64,000 nt of DNA from Chthoniobacteraceae bacterium (GTDB lineage Bacteria; Verrucomicrobiota; Verrucomicrobiia; Chthoniobacterales; Chthoniobacteraceae), in the NCBI GenBank assembly GCA_040081625.1, contig JBEBGD010000008.1, positions 37,607 through 101,606 of the forward strand, given 5' to 3'. This document shows positions 43,101 through 45,819 of the stretch, piece by piece (position 1 is the first letter of the stretch; each line of letters starts with the position of its first letter). Both the position numbers and the translations under genes were made by a program. The notes under the pieces were generated by a model. That model saw only the letters and a program-made list of their open reading frames with translations, did no database searches and was not told the origin of the DNA.

Positions 43101-43855
43101 GCATGACCTTCACGACGAGCGGCACGATCGACGTGGCGGCGACGAAGACTCTGAGCTACGCGGGTGTCCTTGGTGGAGCCAGCAGCTTCAACAAGGCCGG
43201 CTCAGGCACGCTCCTCGTGAATAACGACAACAGCGCCTACACGGGTCCGGTGACGATCAATGCCGGAACCTTCGGCGGCACGGGCGCGGTTGGTGGCGAT
43301 GTCAATGTTGACGCTGCCGGCACGTTCAGCCCCGGCGGAAGCATCGGCACCTTCGCCGTGGGCGGCGACCTGCTGCTGGCCGACACCAGCACGTTCAGCC
43401 TCGAAATCCTCAGTGATCACGCGACGCTCATCCATGCGATGAACTTCCAGAACACGAGCGACCTGGCCTCTGTCACGGGCGCGCTCACCTTGGGCTCGAC
43501 GTCCTTCGTCAATCTGTCGATCACTGACACGAACGGCGGCGCGAGCACACTGGAGGGTGGCGATTACCTGACCTTCATCACCTACGCCACCGGCAGTTGG
43601 AACGGCGTATTCCGGGTGCCGGGCTTCGGCTACGACATCACCGACTATGATGTCTCGCAGATGAATCCGACGACGTTCCTGCTCAACGATGTGACCTACG
43701 CCATCGACTACGACTACAACGATCCGCACTACGCCGGGGTCTCCTCGGTGGCGCTCGTGGTGGTGCCTGAACCGGGTGCGATGGCTTCGCTGGCGGGTGC
43801 AGCCGGCCTGCTGCTCGGCCTCCGCCGCTTCCGTCGCCGGAACGCGACGGCGTAA
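19193..43855 (+). CDS. Giant (~8,220 aa) autotransporter-associated beta-strand repeat surface protein with PEP-CTERM sorting signal
   Basis: Single open frame. Signal peptide MKRRLPRFILATAAAFLLPHAVKA then ATLVWDG; dozens of (L)TKxGxGTLxLxxxNTYxGxTxxxxG repeats; C-terminal VPEP + hydrophobic helix + RRFRRR. Start is ATG 19193 or 19256. Confidence 0.92.
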   Translation: MRKSTRPSRLTSRRSARILARMKRRLPRFILATAAAFLLPHAVKAATLVWDGDTDGSNSAIGGTGTWDQVLGNWDPDFNPIDNSNSNNQAWTNATFDIALFGGTAGTVTLGESIVAGGLVFNTTGYTLQSSVPANTLTLTPPAGVNSPIIHVGSAVGERATIASTLAGTAGFTKTGNGTLALTGTVANTISGDIVIKAGNLVINNANQLGTGTTAISITGIAGTGNPGFSGGSLVLDGSLGGITMNREISVSGRGPGAVNSSGGLVSVGYNTIAGGLTIGTGATEGRAVATHGITTISGGLYLGVTNSTNVSSSVFYGNGNWIISGRIGGSEIQNDDFIKTGNVVATTMWLQNIDNDFAQSFRIDSGTIRVSDDRALGLNTGTQSLDLNAGRLEARSDTPNFNTRNVNLRGNTVQMFVDRAIGGSALNQEFVFGNLNNSAINGGLTMEGRNGAGLTINGPSGTINWINGGTLNFTNSGNGLYKINASVNRLSETSGRTITLGATGEIQLTGNLLQAGTGAVSLSKTGVGTLTIGGTASTATGSTSITDGTLSISSFASIPSGAISFANATTTPGTLTYTGGTTTAANPLTFNTTTAPVYINASGTGALTLTGAITSTLTNAKTLVLGGTAQFDNSFNAVLANGGASTNATSLQKIGSGRWLLSGSANNTFTGSTTVSQGTLKIQEFGTGANDFDVLPNAGAIIFNVDTFTQSAGGTLNYAGIASLPVAESVGALTNTAGSNTLSVTPGAGGTAALTFASLAVPAVGSGLNITTTAGGTVTLTGAANVNGILSPKLVFNGADFAAGSAVGAATYTNSAVALVAANTTPYRITGSFNQPTVSVNAGLKFDTAQTITINNGATLTITNGGTTGGGILVTGGVTATIANAGTATGVTTGSGGDIVVRTNTSGDTLAFNAPIINSGTNAISLTKNGAGTMTIGGTNTITGTVTVNEGTLQLTSGATLAGTNVALVVRQGATLDLGGTSLGTATGGGANVFNGAGTVTNSAAATTSILRVGNGGTSGYFSGIIQDGAGTVSLSKGGAGTTSLSGANTFSGGIRITGGVVAVTTLSNIGSPSGIGEGDETDATSNANSLIFDGGTLTYTGATGAIYQTTQTPSVSIDRLFTLAGAGTISSEGSYGANRLTRGNNNATLIFNNPLPVAFLGAGTRTLTLQGDSIGDNQLNLKLIDNTNAAEALSVTKAGTGLWILSNPANTYTGVTTISAGALRAQEGTSLPSGPTGSNLFINGGVFESTGTFARALGTGQGQLRFVPAGNGGFSAGDTKLTWDVSSLGTPVWGTTTDFIGAGVLILNSTTSIADVEVAGDLNLGAGATPVVNATTTAAGATVTLTAGTTAGLTIGQTFTGNANIPVGAFITAITGPATFTLNSGTGVLAGTGIATTLSGNGWREVVVNDNLSTNLDFATFSGVLGGTGGLGKIGTGSLILGNANTYSGNTVIRQEAVFATSIGAAGATSSSFGTNVGGGIVELGNPSTSTTVNLMYVGPGEVATRQINITGTTGTRRIDSSGGGPLVLTNLINSSAASVNTTSGARTLSLRGTNTDGNMVTSTLTNDGANILTVIKEDGGFWILNPSAPNTFTGVLGVNGGTLGLTANGIGSVPSINFSNASILAFGGPLTVPVPVSQSNNTTAVFAGANAITLNGTYTVAAGNNAQTISNNLEGGAVLTINNNFINLKANDQTINFRGYGSTIWNGSIQNAAANTTAWNIAIANDAFFTTSGAANTFTGTKTLSQGTLNLDKTAPFGPSGQFNFGGGVVVAGVDLAASPITNPVFLTGDPATFSGFNGITLNGLVTNNAGNRTLFNNLDTATDLTIAGGIFLSNDATGRTLTLRGSGDTIVSSIVSNGATATAAGTLAYSAAAGSLTLSAANTATGALVANRNTILLNGAGAWAGSGSVFPLGTITLDNTAGSVNRLADAGGFTGTGGTLNLIGNDTGGTNETTGALTINTVQTYITMNTPSSGSNVLTFASVNFASAGSSLNLIGVPGIGTTNQVKITAALPANAAINGIMPRTFISGGTDFAEYNATNGVQAFTGYVSDVNTATNAQTVEFTASANTTANRFVNAIKINGDTLNIGGGTANRLTLTAAAILNTGGSNTLSTPQVSFGTTNAGFIQVASGTTLTMDSILFGSAGWAKALPGTLQLNTSTYLTGVTSLLNGVTKLNGGLNTMFPNQQLVINEGATLDLNGNAQYVERLNDPGTMPGAGGSITTSTGTGTFVTNMGGSTLFSGVISGDVNFGRVNGNTLTINTAQTYTGSTTLMGGNTTLESDATLLTTSAIDLNGGALLLSNNTGLQTQISDRIGDTIPITLRDGTISVTGRVSTAATETLLSVDSAQGANTITATNGGGTFTSMVLTIGTLTRNAGTTLNFTGTNLGQQGNNARIEVSTPLTSIGSGLLGAWAIANSTDYAAYNTSLGIGVVGQGGFTGYDATFAPGNITDIPVTVPSTTTLAAGTTNTALLKLSGAFTNDIAFTGGSDVLNLELGGILRSNNSNASSFGTTAIRGIITSGTSELVVFNNASGTTTSAATATTVSGSAIITTVPSTVGLAPGMTITTANLPAGTYIVSVDGPNQVTVSQNATTSAATNALVFGISNLIVNSQIQGSGTTLLKSGAGSLNLTANNTYTGGTTVVQGTVNLMGSGVVIPAGGITLGGAAMIMNTNQGQIDPSNAVTLRRSSTLTLVGFNTLDSIAFENNGGTGTPIVNTGAILTLTGATPISVTSSNPLTVPTISGSIDIGTGAKTIHVPAIEVGGAQISQIHPTLAITAGILSPGVTLTKTGAGILTLSGQSTFFGGLNLNAGGIIIGGNSAPTSGGRGISSGPLGGGDVAAASGTYFMVDGTRAVGNDIAFAGTPTFDATANTVWTLTLNGELTGAGLASPTPTIDIKNPFLTVALLGNIPNIGTITNFQKTGLGTLVFNATGYTGDFNASELGNPLTVQLLHDGTGANIGNGLPETIMLGDVIFDAGIAPTITVGRAGGSLPLNVAQNKIIQPSSISNPGLGFTILNNNAYGLDVTEAQPLTGTPTISVSNASNSNITQGLYLNGAVSGTGFIKTGNGAVVLGNASNSFTGNIDIQTGLVSAASDAHLGTGSNQIRLNPTAGTSTLRATGTFATSRTIDLTVATNLRAIEVTTGNTLTLNSPFGLTAAGAALIKADRGTLELAAANTGWTGGLTISGGAVKTALASALPTGTIIVNNPGAALQLAGGVTVANAITIDAAANFITLTGINTGGAIQSVSGSNTISGTITVNASSGTDNQGRNYGFGADAGATLTLGAIDYDRSNAGTGRNIIGFYGGAGDIVLAGVINNTNATPAANTFFFKYGTGNLTITAASVIPDTEMRLYRGAVTVNGAGTFGLGLPVTQQVQVWQNASLTLDNSTTNTANRFSTRVVNIGGGTLNFIPNAAGSSHVNAAAGTLTISQGTNTINLAPGGNQTVTFGPLAQGGGSTLNLTGTFGTANNKLTFTTAPTLSPVTTGLLARVLTNGTEFATYAAATGIGTFSGYAAATNILSVGTTQTFNATDTTANSLTGNQTINALKLTSGGGSTNVGGLSGLNPATLTITSGGVLVNGSGSGSTLSVPIVTFGTGATEGVFHVMAGQTLDVNSGLVTTGGMTKSSDGTMNLNTQQFVSNNTYVNGGTLNLQPGAINTLLFNNGLGINHNAVVDLKNGVQFIGSLFSANGGGNTDLSGGTVTNSGAQATLVTNSNSNFSGQITGTIFLNKTGVNALNLQQANTYNGATLLTGGTTTLQDMGTLANTPSIIISRSNLTLTNGNLYNLADRVNDAAPITLNGGFISFNGRQQEDASETLGVVTIVDGHNGILPGFGGSGGNIGVNSNVLTLGGFSRSVGSTATFRFSALGSLGLIGSSQRIYVTGGVTTTNDIIGPWAIVDREFATYDAAYGVSALGQLGVAGYAGSGINTSPLATDNVRHTATGTTFVDADFVVNTLTFNQSTSNMVIDLNGKTGRIQGGGLLIGQNTNNTSVSINNGTLTSGVIGTPSDFYVINASYDNTGRVANIGAVIADNGVTGPVRVIFSNGDGRTVGSSLNLNGVNTYTGGSVFNQAVVVLGATGALGTGGITIHQATLNQTAGGVIPAQALTMTGGSTLNLANQANSLSGITFTNNGGAAPTLNATGTLTLTGGITATSISAGANSIIANGTLDLNAAGAYSIDVDATTVNGFNVAPWQSDLTINAVVQNGSIVKTGDGMLQLGGQSTFGTLAVNGGGVILGASSTPAGLGDTVTSGPVGLGTLTMANMTSMVATAASTISNNVIFGDDGFGTGTHFFNGVQSITLNGLTTLPSIWNATVTAPQTTVTIGDANAGTGTINKSGLGLLIVGNYAGDILATGGLAFSADGNTLGTAEILPVGGNVMLTGDTAITVNRSGGAPNARNKVIQKADLSVPGNIMSVSNQSGYGLEFTGPTTMTGPSHFAVGVATASNVPQGLILTGVVDDAASNFGIIKSGPGTLVLNGINTFGGTSNTIDILNGVVSVNSDAALGDITNSVTLNVDAATGVGFRATETFSSARTFNLTQLNNAIEVTAGKILTLSAPFVVSAPANALFKNDSGVLELSAANPGTWTGGVTINGGAVRASHADAFGSPTATVTISPLVNATGAALQLSGNISLPNPINLQGVNNVAAGGLNFGGQLDSFSGANTVTGQLRMDFDAAIGARSGASLDINGGINNTTTTARTLFFNAVGTINLNSNVTAATTTANQYFAVRKYGPGTLNVTTANTVVPTTDITVHGGILSLNGSGTLTGGNTIALTVNSNGTLDLNNSGTNVVNRLGARPVTLVGGTFNYVGNGAANSSEVGGILTITRPASTITTNAGAGFNSIVTFASLVQNVDSAFNFTGTALGTATNQVTFSTPPVLSPVTTGILARATVNSSDFATYGANGIAAFAGYNNTNNVNPGVATDTYNLTAGASITANRTFNAIKFNDATGVTLGGSALTQLVLTSGGILATGGGTHTLSVPVYAGGAVQDIFNVDTGTTLNVTSVLTGTGGWVKAGAGTLTLTPPGSPILNRTSNTITGNASVLGGTVVLNGGNNTLPANQNLLVGLGGTLDLNGNSQSVAILFTDLVSTENGGGTITGGALSGSTLVVNQGAADRNWAGKLTGAMSFLRTGVNTLSMYSDNDYSGKTLIAGGATTLRDGGRLSGTSDIEITYSTLNIDNNVGFREDANRVKDTAPITLRGATLSFIGRAQTASSETVGDVTLRRGMSTITSAAGGTGISSADFILNSFDKEGGNGATALFSSNLGAIGSVARIIINTLNGNPNANTTVGAGLTNNLIGGWAITGNNEFATYIPGLGVASLNQVGAPQYQRTNTFAGAAATDNIRLTATTAVVNGGATVNAVSMTGAAINLNFITGSDILNIVSGGLIGPNNNQTIGTTALRGVITAGGTASSGTNDIYLFNRTNTVTVNSRIVDTSTAIGSGTANTRFVLTAAGGAITLGNGTNSYTGGTVVNGGTVNLNATVGGVVIPAATDPSTGLVLNGGTVTMLNFAGQIDPANIVTINGPSTLNLFGDNTLAGLIFRDDGGGTTASAVSSNSGTLTLTGDVVSTTANVASTSIINGRVDFGATQRTFDISATRFNGQELAALLSDFNIQGIQGSTGGIVKAGDGVLQLNAQQSYSGITTVNNGRLQIGLANGGSRLSAYDLTTPGVGINLNGLSTVLGSIEGSGFIINTSTTAGTLTTGFNGNSTTFSGSFFRFNDATLAPINLTKIGAGTLTLTSNANTSGGTLTVSRGAVVYKDDGFRNFITAATVVNEGGTLTLDNSDANSTVNVNNRLGGTGALTLNGGTFNVLGRDATATTETVTTGALTFGPSASAVNLTAGGTGGTLVVTFPSLAQGAFGTAIVSGTNLGIDTKLVFTAAPTLVPATTGILARVAVGTDFATYAAGTGVVAFTGYTTRTDINTGAATETVRVDATSTNLSLSTARTVNALNVVDDGRTINALPGLLPTQGLTLTSGGTLVNGNNATISAPAIVLGGVEGIFRVNGNSLTVNSTITGTAGITKTGTGTMTLGSLQSYTGATALNGGNLILGGGNNTLLVTPSGGAPGVADIQLNGGLLDLNGSNQAIRTLLNSNTLSFVAGEITNSNGTAVTLTSAMNASSVFGAKITGNLAFTRSGNNTLTLPDSHTYTGATIVRGGGLTLQDLGALNNTSSVTLNFGTLTLNNGSFNTLAALNPNRIPATTPLTMRGATFAITPGGSVDNTHTRNLITIQAGGANTITLAGVVGGTNTMTVGNLVLPANTGTTLNFASGLGGPLSSGAQVFLTQFNGATPANNAFLGANVIHNSGDYANYNTVQGVINYGGGAFGTNTVAAYAAALASGNNLPTNISNMGAADLAVAANTTGGALRFSGTSARTITFTAGTEVLNLALGGLLRSNEAGGLTVGTTALRGVLTTGGTATTGTTDLVIFHNNGTITMNSVIANNGLGNLTRLVKSGGAMTLTAANTYTGGTVVNQATLTINATAGAGTIVIPGDITLNNATLTMSTVDGQIAATSNVTINGTGVLTLTGTNTLATVTFSTSGGPVTPSVAAGTNLILSSLTPITSTNDSYSFTPTISGTLLTLQDGAAISTGGLSPNDLIISAPIGTTAATLPLSKTGAGSLILSSATSAFANGFNLNAGSLIFANSSAGTPPTLTGGPIGVGTLTLANGVSILSDGTARTIGNAVTVNGGFTFGTPITATSRANAGNNLTLSGVVTLAGGNHTITVGGQLMTGTISGVLAETTPANLIKDGSGTLVLSNAANTYTGNTTVNAGVLRLGNANALPITSLLTINAAGMLDATGSPFINKIAGTGAIGSTANTTLSIGGISAADVTTVENNTFGGVIGNGAGTLSLRTVGAGSLTLTGANNYLGATTVASATLIIGATNTLPATTTVILGTLGVGGSAGNLTASGFNQAVSGLTAVSDSVTANILTIGAGRTLTVNGNVLLGSTQAAITTTNVTAAGTGTLTVLNLTAGAQFRVGGTAAEGNTTTVDLSTLSALNVSLNTTDGIFRVNSTSTTNSVGKATLTLPGTTVITAKTLAVGDGGQFAGNTANQVNSLRLGATSTTINADAVNIGTGLRQFGSITFNSGTGSITIRDAAGTGRAAFNMGTTGGATGVVTFDSTNANTFNVTGHNADLLLGAVAIGTQNRGDTLTSTFSFDTGTLDMTSLAMSIRTGTPLGGTHTTNSFVNLGGGTVIIGDGILMGQTATGDNVANATVNISGGTVTIGNTAGTSIGMASAGTGTTATATLNLTGGSTTMSGDIVNIGGTGTSSATVTLNGATALLNMGGNSIGGVTPVTFNLEAGTLQNLEEFNNGADLIKTTAGTVVVSGTNTYTGKTLVNDGIVRVGSAETIPDGSEIVIGAPGTFDLDGFSETVGGLSGSGIVTNSHATNNGLLIVNYNGGTDSTFSGQITNGGGSGTLSLTKSGTGKLILSGTNTYAGLTSINGGILSVGDSTNLGDASATNGLAFNGGTLEATGTFGLGSNRGIVLNAGGGTISVTGSNILIASGVVSGGGALTKADAGKLILSGSNTNSGAVAINGGVLSVGASDNLGDASATNDISIDGGTLESTGTFDLGNAREVALGAGGGTIKVTTGNALTVSGTISGSTTLTKTDDGTLVLSATNTNSGEVAINGGTVSIGASGNLGDASPTNTVSLAGGTLEATGIFGLGSNRSIALGAGGGTIKVTAANILIASGVVSGSTTLNKTDSGTLILSGTNTNSSLVAVNGGVLSIGSSDNLGDASVTNNLALAGGTLKVTETLDLTSNRSVALGVGGGTVEVDATKTATVSGVLSGSTAFSKTGNGTLVLSGTNTNSDLVAVNAGTLEIGSSSNLGDASATNTLALAGGTLKSTGAAVDLTSNRSVAIGAGGGTFQVTSGNTLTVSGGISGSTGMNKTDAGKLVLSGDNSGFTGSTTIQGGTLSVGSDSNLGGTSGIVFNGAGATFEVTDSFSTTKGMTFTTSGTIDVAATKTLSYAGVLGGASSFNKAGSGTLLVNNDNSAYTGPVTINAGTFGGTGAVGGDVNVDAAGTFSPGGSIGTFAVGGDLLLADTSTFSLEILSDHATLIHAMNFQNTSDLASVTGALTLGSTSFVNLSITDTNGGASTLEGGDYLTFITYATGSWNGVFRVPGFGYDITDYDVSQMNPTTFLLNDVTYAIDYDYNDPHYAGVSSVALVVVPEPGAMASLAGAAGLLLGLRRFRRRNATA
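41520..43150 (+). repeat. Tandem 282-nt (94-aa) repeat array in the giant gene
   Basis: The NLG(DAS) anchor starts at 41603, 41885, 42167, 42449 and 42731 (exactly 282 nt apart), and at 43019 (+288). Array boundaries are approximate. Confidence 0.85.
43763..43855 (+). other. PEP-CTERM protein-sorting signal
   Basis: VPEPGAMASLAGAAGLLLGLRRFRRRNATA*. Confidence 0.9.
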
Positions 43856-43873
43856 CGCTCGCGACGAACAATC

Positions 43874-43918
43874 ATGGAACGGTGCCCGGGCGACATGCCT
43901 TGGCACCGCTTCCATTTC
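43874..43918 (+). terminator. Strong hairpin downstream of the giant gene, probable terminator
   Basis: ATGGAACGGTGCCCGGGC-GACAT-GCCTTGGCACCGCTTCCAT followed by only a short T run. Confidence 0.55.
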
Positions 43919-44049
43919 AAGGCAACGCAGAGCGAGCACTCAGACCTTGCGCGGCGACGGTCTCGCAACGCTCAGGCGATCTGACCATTGATCCGCTGCG
44001 GTCCGAAATGTCTTTGGTGCCGACTGGTTCGCAGCTCTCCTCAAAGTGA

Positions 44050-44060
44050 AAGGAGGTGAT
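44050..44060 (+). promoter_or_regulatory. Extended Shine-Dalgarno of selD
   Basis: AAGGAGGTGAT, ending 4 nt before ATG 44065. Confidence 0.8.
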
Positions 44061-44064
44061 ACCT

Positions 44065-45129
44065 ATGTCCCGCGAGCAAATTCTCCGTCTTACTGATCTC
44101 TCGTCCTGCGCTGGCTGAGCTTCCAAGCTGAGCCAACAGGCCCTGACGCAGGTCTTGCGTCAGCTTCCCCGTAGTGTTGACCCCAACCTGCTCGTCGGCG
44201 CTTCCTCCGCCGACGATGCGGGCGTCTATCGCCTCACCCGCGACCTCGCGCTGGTGCAGACGGTGGACTTCTTCACGCCAGTCGTGGACGACCCCCGGGA
44301 GTTCGGCCGCATCGCGGCGGCCAACGCGCTGTCGGATGTCTATGCGATGGGCGGCCGGCCGCTCACGGCATTGAACATCATGGGCATTCCGCCGGATTTG
44401 GTTCCACCAGAGGCCATCGCTGCGATCCTGCGTGGAGGCGCGCTCAAGGCTCGCGAAGCGGGATGCACGATAGTCGGCGGGCACACGATCCGTAGTCCGG
44501 AGCCGATCTACGGTCTCGCGGTCACGGGCTTGGTCTCGCCACGGCGGATGCTGACCAACGCCCGCGCCCGTGCCGGCGACCTGCTCGTGCTCACCAAGCC
44601 GCTCGGCACCGGCATCGCCACGACAGGAATCAAACGACATCTCGCTTCCGCTGCGCTGACCAGGAAGGGGATCGCCCTGATGTCAGGCCTCAACACCAGT
44701 GGCACGGAGCTGGCGGAGATAGCGCTCGTCCGCGCGGCCGTGGACGTCACCGGTTTCGGCCTGCTCGGGCATCTCGCCTCGATGTGCCGCGCGAGCGGAG
44801 TCGGTGCGGAGATCTCCGCGGAGACCGTCCCCGCGATCAGTGCGGAAATCTTCTCGCTGATCGCGGAAGGGTGCGTGCCCGGCGGCAGCAAGCAGAATCA
44901 CGAAGCGGCTGACGCGGTCGTGGATTGGAACCGCACGCCCGCGCGCTACCAGGCGTTGCTCACCGATGCACAGACCAGCGGTGGTCTCCTGCTTTGCGTG
45001 CCGCCGAGGCGGTTGGACGCCGTGCTGGCGATCCTGAAAAAGCATCGCACTCCCTGCGCGGCGGTGATCGGAAAAATCGTCCGCGACGAAACACCGCCAA
45101 TCTCCATCCGCAGCTCCGGAAAACGCTGA
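44065..45129 (+). CDS. selD: Selenophosphate synthetase SelD, selenocysteine-containing (UGA at 44116-44118 = Sec18)
   Basis: MSREQILRLTDLSSCAG-U-ASKL is in frame with DDAGVY, QTVDFFTPVVDDP, AANALSDVYAMGG, GGHT, LTKPLGTG, DVTGFGLLGHL and DAQTSGGLL. Strong SD upstream of 44065; SECIS-like hairpin after the UGA. Confidence 0.93.
44143..44163 (+). promoter_or_regulatory. Bacterial SECIS-like hairpin of selD
   Basis: CTGACGCA-GGTCT-TGCGTCAG: perfect 8-bp stem with a GGTCT loop, starting 25 nt after the UGA. Confidence 0.75.
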
Positions 45130-45130
45130 A

Positions 45131-45787
45131 TCAGCGCGGACCCGGAGACGCCGCGCCTTTCGCGCCGAAGGTTTTCTCCAGCCACGCGCGAGCCTCACTC
45201 ACCGATGGCGGAAAGCCGCGCGGCCCCGGACCGCCCTTCACGGCGATCTTGCCGGCGGCATCGACGATGTAGAGTCGGTCCGGCCACGCGGCGTAGGCCT
45301 TGTTCACGGCGTCATCCATCCCGTCGATCAGGCATGGCAGGCTGATCTTCAAAAGCGTGCACGCCTTGCTCGCCACATCGAGCCGCTCGGCATACGTCTT
45401 CGGGTCGGCGATGGAAATGCCAGCGCGCTCGTTGCCCGATGTCACCCAGCCGTCACTGGGATGGGCCTCTTTGATATAGATCATGAAGAACTCCGCCTTG
45501 TCCTTGTAGCTGGCGAAAAGTTGATCGAGGGAGCCAACCTGGCTCCGGAACGGAGGTCAGGTGTAACTCCCGAAGACAAGAACCACCGGCCGCCTGCCGC
45601 GAAAACTGGAGAGCTGGACTTCGCTCGCGCCGTCCTGTGTCTTGAGCTTGAAGTCCGGTGCCGTCTCGCCCACGCGCACGGTATCCGGAATCCGCTGATC
45701 GCCCTTTCTTTGCGGCGGTTGTGCTGACGCGGGATAACCAGACGCAATGAAAACTGCGGCGAGAGCGAGGGTGGCGGGCGCTTTCAT
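45131..45787 (-). CDS. Iodothyronine deiodinase-like (thioredoxin-fold) selenoprotein, UGA at 45559-45557 = Sec77
   Basis: Joining ORFs 45557..45823 and 45131..45484 through the in-frame TGA gives VGETAPDFKL...RPVVLVFGSYT-U-PPFR...FFMIYIKEAHPSDGW...LIDGMDDAVNKAYAAWPDRLYIVD...GGPGPRGF. These are the deiodinase-family signature blocks; 218 aa. Confidence 0.88.
45530..45546 (-). promoter_or_regulatory. SECIS-like hairpin of the deiodinase-like gene
   Basis: Minus strand GGAGCCA-GGT-TGGCTCC, a 7-bp stem after a 10-nt spacer from the UGA. Confidence 0.7.
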
Positions 45788-45819
45788 GGGAAGCAGCCAA
45801 CGAGGATAACGAACCAGTG

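Noticed and set aside
41520..43150. Periodic DNA repeats considered as a CRISPR array
   Set aside because: The period is 282 nt, in frame and degenerate at third positions. There are no identical short repeats with unique spacers and no cas genes.
19085..43939. Many long antisense and alternate-frame ORFs over the giant gene (e.g. 37835..40780, 981 aa), and similar ones over clpB, selA and the propeller gene
   Set aside because: These are expected stop-poor shadows of high-GC3 coding sequence, with no recognisable motifs.
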